A DNA stretch of 64,000 bases, taken from a bacterium. GTDB taxonomy: Bacteria; Patescibacteriota; Minisyncoccia; Phycocordibacterales; Phycocordibacteraceae. Of this stretch, positions 36,747-46,768 are shown piece by piece; position 1 is the stretch's first letter; every line of letters begins with the position of its first letter. The DNA lies in contig JAJZRL010000001.1 in the NCBI GenBank assembly GCA_021802705.1, positions 20,379 through 84,378 on the forward strand. Direction: 5' to 3'. A model generated the notes under the pieces. The model did not search any database. It was not told where the DNA came from and was given only the letters and a program-made list of their open reading frames with translations. A program made the translations under genes and the position numbers.

Positions 36747-37727
36747 CTACAACAAAGCGCGATAAAAGTCAATGTAAACGCCCGCAAGTTCTGCGGCGTT
36801 CTCGGCCTCCATGAGCTGCGCGCGTAGCGGAGCCGCGCCTTCAAACCCGATAACGAACGCCTTGATGTGCTTCTTGAGTATCGAAAAATTCTTCGGCGGC
36901 GAGAGCTTCTCGAAAGCGTACGCAAGCTCCATAAGCGCCGAAAATTTCTCTTCGCGCGGGACATCGTCAGCTTTTCGTCCGGCAAAAACCCACGGATTGC
37001 CGAAAAGCGCGCGACCGAGCATAGCACCGTCGCATCCCGACGCCGCAACTTTCGCCTTCGCATCCTCGAGATCGCTCACGTCCCCGTTTCCGATGAGCAG
37101 CACTTCCGGATCGACGGCATCGCGGATCTCTACCGCCTTTTTCATGAGATTCCAATCAGCCGGCACGAGCGAGAGGTCTTTGCGGGTACGTAAATGGAGC
37201 GTGATGGCGGCCGGAGCGGCCTTAAGAAGCGTCGGGAGCCACTCATCGAGAGTCTCTTTGTGGTATCCGACACGGGTCTTGACGGAAACCGGCAAGCCGC
37301 TCGCTCTTTTCGCGGCATGGATAACCGCCTGCGCGATTTCCGGAGTCCGTATCATCGCGGAACCGCAGCCTTGTTTCTCGACACTCGCATCCGGACAACC
37401 CATATTGATATCGATGCCGTCAAAACCGAGCTTCTCGATAAGGGCGGCGGCGTACGCGATCATATCGGGATCGCTTGAGAATACTTGCGCGACGATCGGG
37501 CGTTCGGCAGGGCTCTTCTTGAGGTCGCGCATGAGCGGATTCTCTTCATCAGGCACCTTCTTTATCTCGCGCGTATGGTAGAGCCCGTCCGCTGAAACGA
37601 ACTCGGTCCAGAAGACATCGGGTGCGCCGCGGGCCGCGACAAGCGCGCGAAACGCCGCATCGGTCACGTCCGCCATCGGCGCCATGACGAAAAAAGGTTT
37701 TGGCAACTTGCTCCAAAATGATGCCAT
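36747..37727 (-). CDS. dus: tRNA-dihydrouridine synthase
   Basis: APMADVT, TEFVS, DINMGCP, SVKTR and IGNGDV motifs. Confidence 0.93.
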   Translation of the reverse strand: MASFWSKLPKPFFVMAPMADVTDAAFRALVAARGAPDVFWTEFVSADGLYHTREIKKVPDEENPLMRDLKKSPAERPIVAQVFSSDPDMIAYAAALIEKLGFDGIDINMGCPDASVEKQGCGSAMIRTPEIAQAVIHAAKRASGLPVSVKTRVGYHKETLDEWLPTLLKAAPAAITLHLRTRKDLSLVPADWNLMKKAVEIRDAVDPEVLLIGNGDVSDLEDAKAKVAASGCDGAMLGRALFGNPWVFAGRKADDVPREEKFSALMELAYAFEKLSPPKNFSILKKHIKAFVIGFEGAAPLRAQLMEAENAAELAGVYIDFYRALL

Positions 37728-37729
37728 GA

Positions 37730-38659
37730 TTATTTCTGGTTCCGCTTGAAATAGATCTTCCCGCTGAAGCGGAGGTCGACATATTCGAGCGTCGGATCGG
37801 AAAGGTTCAACTGCCCTTTCGCGGATACGAGCGCATTAAGAGCATTCTGTTCGTCGCCGAGAAGATAGGTGATGCGCGGACCGCTTAGGCCCTGTGCTGG
37901 GGCGGTGAGGAAGAAATCGGCCTCGTCGCCCCGGATGACGATGGTCTTGACCGCGGGACCGAGCGAACCGACTTGTCGTGCGAAATCGAAAATGGCGGGA
38001 ATCCGGTCGGCATCCCGAAGCGTCTCACCGACAGGCCCCGATGACGCGTTCGGAAGCGCGTCGAAAAGGACGAAAGGCGTGAGCGTCTGGTCGGGATTCG
38101 GTTCAGGCGGGCTTGAAGACGAGGCGGGACCCGCAGGTGAAAAGGGCTCCGTTGCCGTCGCATAGAGAAAGCCGCTCGCGTCGAAGAGGTAGCAATCGCC
38201 GCTTGCGGTAAGAGACGCTTCTGAAAGAGGAGTGCTCGCAGGCGAAGTCGTCGCGGAAGAGGAGCCGCACCAGCGAGCGACGGGCGTCCGGTCGTCCACT
38301 TTGATGGAGAGTCCGGTGAATCCGTTTCTGGATATCGAGACGGCTGCTACGCCCGTGTATGTCGAAAGTATGTCCGTGCGTATGCGTGCTTCCGGGAAAA
38401 AGAAGGTCGAGTCGCGCGGGATGATGCCGAAATAGCTTCCCCGCATGGCGGTTTCCGCTATCGCCGCGAGCGAAGGATCTGCTCCGTGCACTTCGACGCG
38501 CGAGATACGGACAGCCGGCTGCCACAACCCGTAGATCCCGATCCCTAAGAGAACGAAAAAGAGGACGGTGAGCGCGAGGAAAGAACGGTAACGACGTCTG
38601 CGGCGGCGCACCGCAAGCCGTTCATTACCGTACCCCCTCGATGCGATCCTTGCCGACAT
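37730..38659 (-). CDS. FtsQ/DivIB-like cell division protein
   Basis: Arg-rich N-terminus, one transmembrane helix, POTRA-like region, C-terminal YVDLRF. Confidence 0.7.
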   Translation of the reverse strand: MSARIASRGYGNERLAVRRRRRRYRSFLALTVLFFVLLGIGIYGLWQPAVRISRVEVHGADPSLAAIAETAMRGSYFGIIPRDSTFFFPEARIRTDILSTYTGVAAVSISRNGFTGLSIKVDDRTPVARWCGSSSATTSPASTPLSEASLTASGDCYLFDASGFLYATATEPFSPAGPASSSSPPEPNPDQTLTPFVLFDALPNASSGPVGETLRDADRIPAIFDFARQVGSLGPAVKTIVIRGDEADFFLTAPAQGLSGPRITYLLGDEQNALNALVSAKGQLNLSDPTLEYVDLRFSGKIYFKRNQK

Positions 38660-39893
38660 ACGGCACAAGAGCTTTCGGCACCGTGACCGTGCCGTCGGGC
38701 TGCTGATAATTCTCGATGATGGAGACGAGGATGCGCGGGGTCGGTATGGCGGTCGAATTCAGCGAGTGCGGGAATTTCAGATTCCCTTCCCCGTCGCGGT
38801 ACCGTATGTTGAGCCGCCGCGTCTGGAAATCGTGGAAATATGACGCGGAACTTATTTCCCTGTACGTGCCCTCTCCGGGAACCCAGAGCTCGATGTCATA
38901 TTTCTTCACCTGACCGAGCCCGAGGTCGCCGCCGCAGTTCACTACGGTGCGATACGGGATCTCGAGAAGCTCGATAAACTCCTCGGTATTGCGGTTAAGC
39001 TGTTCGTGCAGACGGACAGATTCATCGTGTTCGGCCTTACAGAGCGTGACCTGTTCCCATTTGAAAAACTCATGGACGCGGATGAGGCCGCGCACATCTT
39101 TTCCGTGCGCGCCCGCTTCGCGCCGGAAACAGGGAGAGAACGAGAGGAACCGGACAGAGTCCGCAGACAGGTCGATGATCTCGTTCATGTAATAAGCCAT
39201 GCTCGCGACTTCCGCCGTTCCGGCGAGATACTCTCCGTCCTGCGTCTTGTAAAGGTCCTCTTCTCCTTGCGGGAGGTAGCCGGTACCGAGAAACGCTTCT
39301 CGACGCACCAGGGAAGGAACGCTCATGGGTTCGAGCCCCTTGAGAGAGAAATGCTTGAGCGCGAGCTGCCAGACGGCGTTTGCGAGAAGGACCCCGTCGC
39401 CCTTGAGGAAATAACCGCGGAACCCCGCGACCTTCGCGCCGCGCTCGAAATCCGCGATGCCAAGCGCGGTCATGATCTCGACATGATCCTTCGGAGCGAA
39501 AGCGAACGTCGTCGGTTCGCCCCATCTCTTCACTTCGAGATTGTCCGCGTCGCTGTCGCCATCGGGTACCGATATGTCCGGGATGTTCGGTACCGTGAGC
39601 ATGAGCTTCTGCCACTCCTCCATCACGGTCTTCAGTGCCGCATCGATCTCAGCCATGCCGGACTTGAGATGCCGCATCGCTTCGAGCAGTTTTTCGCGTT
39701 CCGCGCCTTGTGCGCGGCGCATTTCGGAACTTCGCCGGTTCTGTTCGGCTTTCTTCGTATCGAGCTCGAATCGGAGCGCCTTGCGCTTGTCATCGACGGC
39801 AAGAAGCTGGTCGATATCGACATTTATATGCTTCTTCTCCGCACCGGCTTTCACGATATCGGCATTTTCCCGTATGAAATGAATATCGAGCAT
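38625..39893 (-). CDS. serS: Serine--tRNA ligase
   Basis: MLDI, GTAE, FRREAG, RVHEF, EISSAS and ENYQ motifs. Confidence 0.97.
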   Translation of the reverse strand: MLDIHFIRENADIVKAGAEKKHINVDIDQLLAVDDKRKALRFELDTKKAEQNRRSSEMRRAQGAEREKLLEAMRHLKSGMAEIDAALKTVMEEWQKLMLTVPNIPDISVPDGDSDADNLEVKRWGEPTTFAFAPKDHVEIMTALGIADFERGAKVAGFRGYFLKGDGVLLANAVWQLALKHFSLKGLEPMSVPSLVRREAFLGTGYLPQGEEDLYKTQDGEYLAGTAEVASMAYYMNEIIDLSADSVRFLSFSPCFRREAGAHGKDVRGLIRVHEFFKWEQVTLCKAEHDESVRLHEQLNRNTEEFIELLEIPYRTVVNCGGDLGLGQVKKYDIELWVPGEGTYREISSASYFHDFQTRRLNIRYRDGEGNLKFPHSLNSTAIPTPRILVSIIENYQQPDGTVTVPKALVPYVGKDRIEGVR

Positions 39894-39901
39894 GTTCACC
39901 A

Positions 39902-39909
39902 AGTATACT
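39902..39909. promoter_or_regulatory. Palindromic AGTATACT giving a -10 box on both strands (serS / dprA)
   Basis: TATACT lies 7 nt before the dprA ATG and 8 nt before the serS ATG. Confidence 0.6.
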
Positions 39910-39916
39910 CTACTCT

Positions 39917-40771
39917 ATGGAGATACGTGAACTCGTGCGCGAAGAGCTTCCGGAACAATTGCTCGAGATACCGCAGCCGCCGGAACGGCTGTGGCTGCGC
40001 GGGTCCTTGCCGAACCGCGGGGAAAGACTGCTTACGGTGGTCGGCTCGCGTGCGATGACAAGTTACGGGAGAGAAGCGTGCGAGAAGCTCATCGCCGGAC
40101 TTGCCGGATATCCCGTCTCGATAGTTTCCGGTCTTGCGCTCGGCATCGACACCTGTGCGCATAAAGCGGCGCTTGCCGCCGGTCTCCACACCATCGCCAT
40201 ACCGGGATCCGGTCTCGATGACAGCGTCCTTTATCCGAGGTCGAATCGCGCTCTGGCAAACGACATCGTGAAAGCCGGCGGCGCGCTCATAAGCGAACAC
40301 GAGCCGCTCTACGCCGCCCGAGCATACGACTTCCCTTCAAGGAACCGCCTTATGGTCGGGCTTGCCGATGCGGTCCTCGTCATCGAGGCCGGTCCGAAAT
40401 CAGGCACGCTCATCACGGCGCGTCTTGCAAGCGAATACAATAGGGAGCTGCTTTGCGTCCCTCATCGCATCGGCGATCCGCACGCGTTCGGCCCCCACCT
40501 TTTCATCCGCCTCGGCGCGGCTCTCGTGAGCGAACCGCTCCATATCCTCGAAGCCCTGAAGATACCTCCGCGGGAAGAAACCGAGACAACATCCGCTCCG
40601 AGACTCGAGGGTATCGAGCACGAGGTGTGGACACAGCTCGCCGAATCGAAAACGCGCGACGAAATCCTTCGCGCGGGGTTTGGCGACCCGGGAGAGGTCC
40701 TCACCGCGCTCGTTACCTTGGAACTGCGCGGGCTCATTACGGAAGAATTCGGGGCCTGGCGCAGGACGTAA
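39917..40771 (+). CDS. dprA: DNA-processing protein DprA
   Basis: VVGSR, IVSGLALGID, FPSRNR and KSGTLITA motifs. Confidence 0.95.
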   Translation: MEIRELVREELPEQLLEIPQPPERLWLRGSLPNRGERLLTVVGSRAMTSYGREACEKLIAGLAGYPVSIVSGLALGIDTCAHKAALAAGLHTIAIPGSGLDDSVLYPRSNRALANDIVKAGGALISEHEPLYAARAYDFPSRNRLMVGLADAVLVIEAGPKSGTLITARLASEYNRELLCVPHRIGDPHAFGPHLFIRLGAALVSEPLHILEALKIPPREETETTSAPRLEGIEHEVWTQLAESKTRDEILRAGFGDPGEVLTALVTLELRGLITEEFGAWRRT

Positions 40772-40834
40772 AAAATGCAGAACGGGCCGCCTCATTACAC
40801 ACGGACCACTTGACCGTTCCTAGGTATACGCGTT

Positions 40835-43255
40835 ATGAGTGAACACATGAGCAAACGGCTTGTTATCGTCGAATCGCCCACCAAAGCGCAGACCATCGGC
40901 CATTATCTTGGCAAGGACTATACCGTTCTCGCTTCGGTGGGGCACGTGCGCGACTTGCCGAAATCGAACAAAGACGCGGTCGATATCGAAAACGGCTTCG
41001 CTCCACGTTATGTCGTTCCTGCCGAAAAGCGCGATATCATCGAAAAGATAAAACAAGCCTCGACGAAAGCCGACGAGGTGTATCTTGCGACCGACCCGGA
41101 CCGCGAAGGAGAGGCGATAGCATGGCACCTGAAGGAAACGGTCGGGCTCACGCGCCCGAAGCGTGTCGTCTTCCACGAGATCACCAAAACCGCCGTCGAA
41201 GAAGCGCTTGCCCACCCCCGCACGATCGACGAACACCTGCGTCGCGCCCAAGAAGCGCGGCGTGTCCTCGATCGCATCGTCGGCTACGACCTTTCCGGCC
41301 TCATCTGGAAGAAGGTACGCTACGGATTGTCAGCGGGGCGCGTGCAGTCCCCGGCGCTCCGTATCCTCGCGGAACGTGAGCGCGAGATCGAGGCATTCAT
41401 CCCGAAGACATATTTCGTATTGCAGGCGGCTTTCGGGTCAAAAGCCGGAGAATTCAACGCTGTCTGCGCCGAACAGCCCGCGACCGAAGAAGAGGCTCGA
41501 CGGATCGTACAAGCCGGACGGAGCGCTTCCTGGCATGTTGCAGCCCTTTCCGAAAAAACCGAAGAACGGCATCCTCGACCGCCCTTCACGACCTCGACCC
41601 TGCAGCAAGCGGCTTCGACACGTCTCGGTTTTGCACCGTCGCGCACGATGCGCGCCGCACAAAAGCTTTATGAGGCCGGTCATATAACGTATATGCGCAC
41701 TGACTCGGTGAACCTCGCGCGCGAGGCGGTAGCGGCGATGGCTGCCGTCATTGAAAAAGAGTATGGGAAGGAATACCTCACCGTACGAACATTCAAGACG
41801 ACGAGCAAGAATGCCCAGGAAGCGCACGAGGCTATAAGGCCGACCGAGGCGCTCCGCGCACGCGCAGGAACTTCATCGGATGAAGAACACCTCTACGAGC
41901 TCATCCGCACGCGGGCGCTTTCTTCGCAGATGGCAAGCGCACGGATCGTACGCACGAACATCGCGGCAAAAGCCGATGCCGATATACCTCTCTTCAATGC
42001 GAGCGGTTCGCGCACCCTCTTCCCCGGCTGGCTTGCGCTTGATACGAAAGCGCGCGGCGAAGATGTCGAGCTTCCGCACCTCAGCGAGGGCAACGCTCTG
42101 ACGCTCGTATCGCTCGAAGCCGAAGAGAAACAGACTGAACCGCCGAACCGCTACACCGAAGCCGGACTCATCAAAGAGCTTGAGAAGCGGGGTATCGGCC
42201 GGCCTTCGACATACGCCTCCATCATGAAGACCATCATCGACCGCGGCTATGTCGAGAAGACAGGACGGACGCTCACTCCCACCGCGACCGGCATGGTCGT
42301 TTCCGGTTGGCTCGAAAAACATTTTCCCGAATACGTAAGCGACACGTTTACCGCTACCATGGAGGACGAGCTCGACGAGATCGCGCGCGGCGAACGCGGC
42401 TACGTCGAAACGCTCAAAGAATTCTACGGTCCGTTCGAAAAAGCCGTGCACGCGAAGGAAAAATTGCCGAAAGCCACTTCGCTCGGCGATGTTCCGGACA
42501 CCTTCCCTTGTCCGTTGTGTGGAGGCCCGATGGAATACAAGCTCGGCCGCGGAGGGGTTTTCATGAGCTGCAAACGCTATCCGGATTGCACCGGCGCGCG
42601 AACGGAAGAAGGGGTCGAGTTGAAAAACGAAGAGCCTCTCGGATATCACCCCGACACCGGGGCGCCGATTTTCGTCAAAACCGGCCGCTTCGGGCCGTAT
42701 GTGGAAATGGTTCTCGAGAAAGATCCCGCATCGGCGTCGCAAGAAGGGCAGCCCTCTGGAAAGTCAGACTTTCCAGAGGGCGAAGCGCCGAAAAAGAAGC
42801 GCGGCAAGGGGCGCCCGAAGAAGGCCGCGAAGCGTGCGAGTATCCCGCCCGGTACCGACCCGAGCCGCATTACGCTTGATGATGCGCTCAAATACCTTTC
42901 GCTTCCGCGCGAACTGGGCATGCACCCTTCAACCGGCAAGCCTGTCGTCGCATCAACCGGCCGTTTCGGGCCGTACGTCGGCAGTGATGGCGAGTTTCGT
43001 TCCATCAAAAAGGGCGATCCTTACACCATCACGCTCGACGAGGCGCTCGCCCTTCTTTCCGAGCCGAAGCGGCCACCGAAAGGCGTCGAGATCGTGAAAG
43101 AGATCGGCAAGCACCCGAAAACCGGAAAGACGCTGACGCTCTATAAATCGAAACAGGGTCTCTTTCTCAAGAAGGGCCTCCGTCGTATATACCTCCCGAA
43201 TAACGCCGATCTAAGCTCTCTCACTCCCGCCGAAGCGGCCGAATATCTGAAATAA
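40835..43255 (+). CDS. topA: DNA topoisomerase I
   Basis: IVESPTKA, DPDREGE, SAGRVQ, ITYMRTD and GIGRPSTYA motifs; C-terminal GRFGPY repeats. Confidence 0.97.
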   Translation: MSEHMSKRLVIVESPTKAQTIGHYLGKDYTVLASVGHVRDLPKSNKDAVDIENGFAPRYVVPAEKRDIIEKIKQASTKADEVYLATDPDREGEAIAWHLKETVGLTRPKRVVFHEITKTAVEEALAHPRTIDEHLRRAQEARRVLDRIVGYDLSGLIWKKVRYGLSAGRVQSPALRILAEREREIEAFIPKTYFVLQAAFGSKAGEFNAVCAEQPATEEEARRIVQAGRSASWHVAALSEKTEERHPRPPFTTSTLQQAASTRLGFAPSRTMRAAQKLYEAGHITYMRTDSVNLAREAVAAMAAVIEKEYGKEYLTVRTFKTTSKNAQEAHEAIRPTEALRARAGTSSDEEHLYELIRTRALSSQMASARIVRTNIAAKADADIPLFNASGSRTLFPGWLALDTKARGEDVELPHLSEGNALTLVSLEAEEKQTEPPNRYTEAGLIKELEKRGIGRPSTYASIMKTIIDRGYVEKTGRTLTPTATGMVVSGWLEKHFPEYVSDTFTATMEDELDEIARGERGYVETLKEFYGPFEKAVHAKEKLPKATSLGDVPDTFPCPLCGGPMEYKLGRGGVFMSCKRYPDCTGARTEEGVELKNEEPLGYHPDTGAPIFVKTGRFGPYVEMVLEKDPASASQEGQPSGKSDFPEGEAPKKKRGKGRPKKAAKRASIPPGTDPSRITLDDALKYLSLPRELGMHPSTGKPVVASTGRFGPYVGSDGEFRSIKKGDPYTITLDEALALLSEPKRPPKGVEIVKEIGKHPKTGKTLTLYKSKQGLFLKKGLRRIYLPNNADLSSLTPAEAAEYLK
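42751..42781. repeat. Perfect 15+1+15 palindrome inside topA
   Basis: GCCCTCTGGAAAGTC-A-GACTTTCCAGAGGGC. Confidence 0.9.
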
Positions 43256-43280
43256 ATACGCGGGTGTATAATGGCTGCTC

Positions 43281-44882
43281 ATGACTACGGTCAAGGAGAT
43301 AGTCGCTGCGATGCACAAGCCGTCCGAAGAGGATGTGGTCTATATCGAAAAAGCCTACGATCTCTCCAGGCGAGCGCACGAGGGGCAGCTTCGCTATTCG
43401 GGCGAACCGTATTTCATCCACCCCGCCGCGACCGCGAAGCTTCTTGCCGAGTTCGGCATGGACGCGACTACGATCGCCGCGGGCCTCCTGCATGACGTCG
43501 TTGAAGACGGCAAGGCGACCCGCGAAGATATCGAAAAAGAATTCGGGAAAGAGCTCCTCTTTATCGTCGACGGCGTGACGAAACTCGGTACGCATAGATA
43601 TCACGGCGCCGAGCGCCATGCTGAAAGCCTCCGCCGGCTCCTCGTCGCGACAGCGAGCGACATACGCGTACTCATCGTGAAGCTCGCCGACCGCTATCAC
43701 AACATGCAAACGCTCGAGCACGTGCCGGAACACAAACGGCGGCGTATCGCGCTTGAAACGATCGAGATCTATGCGCCCATCGCCGACCGCCTCGGCATGG
43801 GGAAAGTGAAACGCGAGATCGAGGATCTCGCCTTCCCCTTCGTCGACCCGGATGCGGCGCGCCATACCGCCGAGGTGCGCAAACTGAAAACGAAAGAGAC
43901 GGAAGACGGTCTCGCTAAAGTAAGGAAAGAGCTTGTCCAGGAGCTTGCGAAGAAGGGTTTGGTGACATTCCGAACCGATATCCGGATGAAAGGGCTCTGG
44001 AGCCTGCATCAAAAGCTGTCGAGAAAGCATGACGATATCACGCTCATTCACGACATCGCCGCGCTGCGCATCATCGTACCGAAAATCGAAGACTGTTACG
44101 CCGCGCTCGGTATCGTGCATGCGCTCTACAGGCCGCTGCCCGGCGAATTCAAAGACTACATCGCTTTCCCGAAACCGAACGGTTATCAATCGCTCCACAC
44201 GACGGTCGTAACGCCAGAGGCGGGAATCGTCGAGATCCAAATCCGTACGGAAGAGATGCATCGGAGCGCGCAGTTCGGTATCGCTTCGCACATGTCCTAT
44301 AAGCAACTGGGGAAAGATGTCGAAAAGCTCGAGAAGGACATGCAGAAAAGCCGGTTCTCATCGCTCTCTTTCGCGTGGGTCCGGTCGCTCATCCCCTCCT
44401 TGCTGAAAGTGTCGGAAGGAGACGGCAAGAGCTCCGGCGAAACGAAAATCCCTTCGTGGCTCGCCGAGCTCGCCGAAGCGCACGCGGAAGTCGCGGGCTC
44501 GCAAGAATTCGTCGAAGGACTCAAGGAGGATTTCTTTTCACACCGCGTATTCGTCTTCACGCCGCATGGAGACGTCGTCGACCTCCCGACAGCATCGACA
44601 CCGATCGACTTCGCATACGCGATACACAGCGATCTGGGCAATCATCTCCAGGGAGCGAAGGTCAACGGCAAGCTCGTCTCGTTCGACACGGCACTCGGTA
44701 ACGGCGATGTCGTCGAGATCATACGCCGCGACTCCGCGCATCCGTCACCGAAATGGGTCGAGTACGCGAAGACGTCGCTCGCGCGGCGGCATATCCGCGC
44801 GGCGCTCGGCATAATCGAGCCGGAAAGACGGCCTCTGCGGCACCGAAACAGGAAGCATTTAAATCGTAAAACCGCTCACTGA
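43281..44882 (+). CDS. RelA/SpoT homologue (HD + synthetase + TGS; no ACT domain)
   Basis: RYSGEPY, LLHDVVED, KLADR, KPNGYQSLHT, EIQIRT and DFAYAIH motifs. Confidence 0.93.
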   Translation: MTTVKEIVAAMHKPSEEDVVYIEKAYDLSRRAHEGQLRYSGEPYFIHPAATAKLLAEFGMDATTIAAGLLHDVVEDGKATREDIEKEFGKELLFIVDGVTKLGTHRYHGAERHAESLRRLLVATASDIRVLIVKLADRYHNMQTLEHVPEHKRRRIALETIEIYAPIADRLGMGKVKREIEDLAFPFVDPDAARHTAEVRKLKTKETEDGLAKVRKELVQELAKKGLVTFRTDIRMKGLWSLHQKLSRKHDDITLIHDIAALRIIVPKIEDCYAALGIVHALYRPLPGEFKDYIAFPKPNGYQSLHTTVVTPEAGIVEIQIRTEEMHRSAQFGIASHMSYKQLGKDVEKLEKDMQKSRFSSLSFAWVRSLIPSLLKVSEGDGKSSGETKIPSWLAELAEAHAEVAGSQEFVEGLKEDFFSHRVFVFTPHGDVVDLPTASTPIDFAYAIHSDLGNHLQGAKVNGKLVSFDTALGNGDVVEIIRRDSAHPSPKWVEYAKTSLARRHIRAALGIIEPERRPLRHRNRKHLNRKTAH

Positions 44883-45878
44883 GTACAGTTCGTCTTCGGG
44901 AGATCCTTCAGAGGGCTCTTCGGGAACCGCGGGAAGGGCGCTTTCGTCCGGAACCTGGGTGGTATTCGGGAATACCGGCGGCGGGACAAGCGTAAAATTC
45001 TTCTTTGAAGAGGAGTCTTTCGCTGTTTCCAGAGATTTCTGTTCGGCCGCAAGCGCAGCGACGAGATGGGAAAGGTCGTCCGAAGAAAAGAAGTCTATGA
45101 GGAGGCGGCCTCCCTCGGCGTTCGTCTCGATGATGACGCGGGTGCCGAGCGTCTGGGTCAGGGATTTTTCGAGCTCGACCATTTCGGGGGTTTTCCGATG
45201 ATAGGAACGCACGCGTTCCTGCGCGATCGAGCGGGCGATACGCTCGGCGGTGCGCACGGGAAGCCTTTTAAGAATGATCTCCTTAAAGAGGGTCTCGCGC
45301 TCTTCCGGGCGGTCATTGAGCGCCAGGAGCGTACGCGCATGGCCCTCGCTTATCTCTTTTTCCACGATGGCCTGCTGCATATGCTCCGGCAAAGAAAGGA
45401 GACGGAGACTGTTGGAAACATACTCGCGGCTCTTGCCGATCTTTGCCGCCGTCTCGGCATGCGAAATGCCGAATTCTTCAATGAGCTTCTGCAGCGCTTT
45501 CGCCCGGTCGATGGCGTTGAGGTCTTCCCGCTGGAGGTTCTCAATGATCGCGAGCTCGAGCTTCGTCAGGTTATTTTCGCCCTGACGTATGACTGCCGGC
45601 ACCTGCTTGAGGCCGGCGAGCTTTGAAGCGCGCAAGCGCCGCTCGCCGGCGATAAGCTCGTAGACGCTCTCGAGGCCGCCTTCCGGTTTTTCGATATCCG
45701 TGCGGCTGACAACGAGCGGCATGAGCACGCCGTATTGACGGATGCTCTCCGCGAGAGATCTCAATCCTTCTTCGCTGAAATCCTTCCGGGGCTGGTACGG
45801 GTTCGGCCGTATCCGATCGACCTCGATCCAAAAAACCGAGTCGTATTTCGTCGGTACGTAACGAGCATCTTCGTTCAT
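44859..45878 (-). CDS. parB: ParB/Spo0J chromosome partitioning protein
   Basis: NPYQPR, IAGERRLRA, ENLQREDLN and GHAR motifs; TAGAAT 7 nt before ATG. Confidence 0.93.
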   Translation of the reverse strand: MNEDARYVPTKYDSVFWIEVDRIRPNPYQPRKDFSEEGLRSLAESIRQYGVLMPLVVSRTDIEKPEGGLESVYELIAGERRLRASKLAGLKQVPAVIRQGENNLTKLELAIIENLQREDLNAIDRAKALQKLIEEFGISHAETAAKIGKSREYVSNSLRLLSLPEHMQQAIVEKEISEGHARTLLALNDRPEERETLFKEIILKRLPVRTAERIARSIAQERVRSYHRKTPEMVELEKSLTQTLGTRVIIETNAEGGRLLIDFFSSDDLSHLVAALAAEQKSLETAKDSSSKKNFTLVPPPVFPNTTQVPDESALPAVPEEPSEGSPEDELYSVSGFTI

Positions 45879-45952
45879 AAACATCATTCTATCATGGTGA
45901 AAAAACGGCTGCGAAATGGTACTGTGCAATCAAGACGCGATGTTCGCGGATT

Positions 45953-46034
45953 GCCGGGATGGCGGAATTGGTAGACGCAACGGATTCAAAACCCGTCGCC
46001 GCAAGGCATGAGAGTTCGATTCTCTCTCCCGGCA
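45953..46034 (+). tRNA. tRNA-Leu(CAA)
   Basis: GCCGGGATGGCGGAATTGGTAGAC, loop TTCAAAA, long variable arm. Confidence 0.95.
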
Positions 46035-46069
46035 CAATAACGTAGAAAAAATCGGTGCCGCTCGAACCT

Positions 46070-46729
46070 TCAGAGTTTCCCCACAAGACCGAGCCCCGGC
46101 TCAAGCGAGTCGTCCCCGGGTTCCCATGAAGCGGGACATACCTGCCCCTTATGCGTCTCGACGTACTGTGCGGCTTGAAGTTTGCGCAGCGTTTCCGCTG
46201 CCCTTCGTCCCATTGCCGTGTCATTGATTTCCATAGCGCGCAACACGCCGGAAGGATCGATGACGAAAGTCCCGCGCATCGCAAGACCTTCATCCGGCGT
46301 AAATGCCGCCTCGCCGCCTTCGACAAGGACTCCGAAAGCGTAGGAGAGCTTCCCGGAAGGATCCGCAGCCATCGGATATTCGATCTCTCTGATACCGGAA
46401 GAAACGTCATGCCACGCCTTGTGCGCGAAGACGGTATCCGAAGAGACCGAAACGATCTCGGCATTGAGCTCCTGGAATTTCGGATAGAGCTTTGCGAACT
46501 CTTCCAGTTCGGTCGGACAGACGAACGTGAAGTCGGCAGGATAGAAAACGAGTATGACCCACTTCCCCCTCATCTGTGAAAGGCTCGTGACCTTGATGGC
46601 GCCCTTCTGGTACGTCTCGAATTCGAAATCGGGGACGGTCTCTCCTACCTTCACCTGCGAGGCGTAATCCTGAACCGCGTCATGGAATTCGCCGCAGTGT
46701 TCACAGTAATTGCTTTTTGTTTCCTTCAT
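46070..46729 (-). CDS. ahpC: 2-Cys peroxiredoxin
   Basis: FYPADFTFVCPTE and VCPASW motifs. Confidence 0.93.
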   Translation of the reverse strand: MKETKSNYCEHCGEFHDAVQDYASQVKVGETVPDFEFETYQKGAIKVTSLSQMRGKWVILVFYPADFTFVCPTELEEFAKLYPKFQELNAEIVSVSSDTVFAHKAWHDVSSGIREIEYPMAADPSGKLSYAFGVLVEGGEAAFTPDEGLAMRGTFVIDPSGVLRAMEINDTAMGRRAAETLRKLQAAQYVETHKGQVCPASWEPGDDSLEPGLGLVGKL

Positions 46730-46768
46730 GGTTTTTGGTTATCGGCGGTTATGATACCATCGCGTCTG

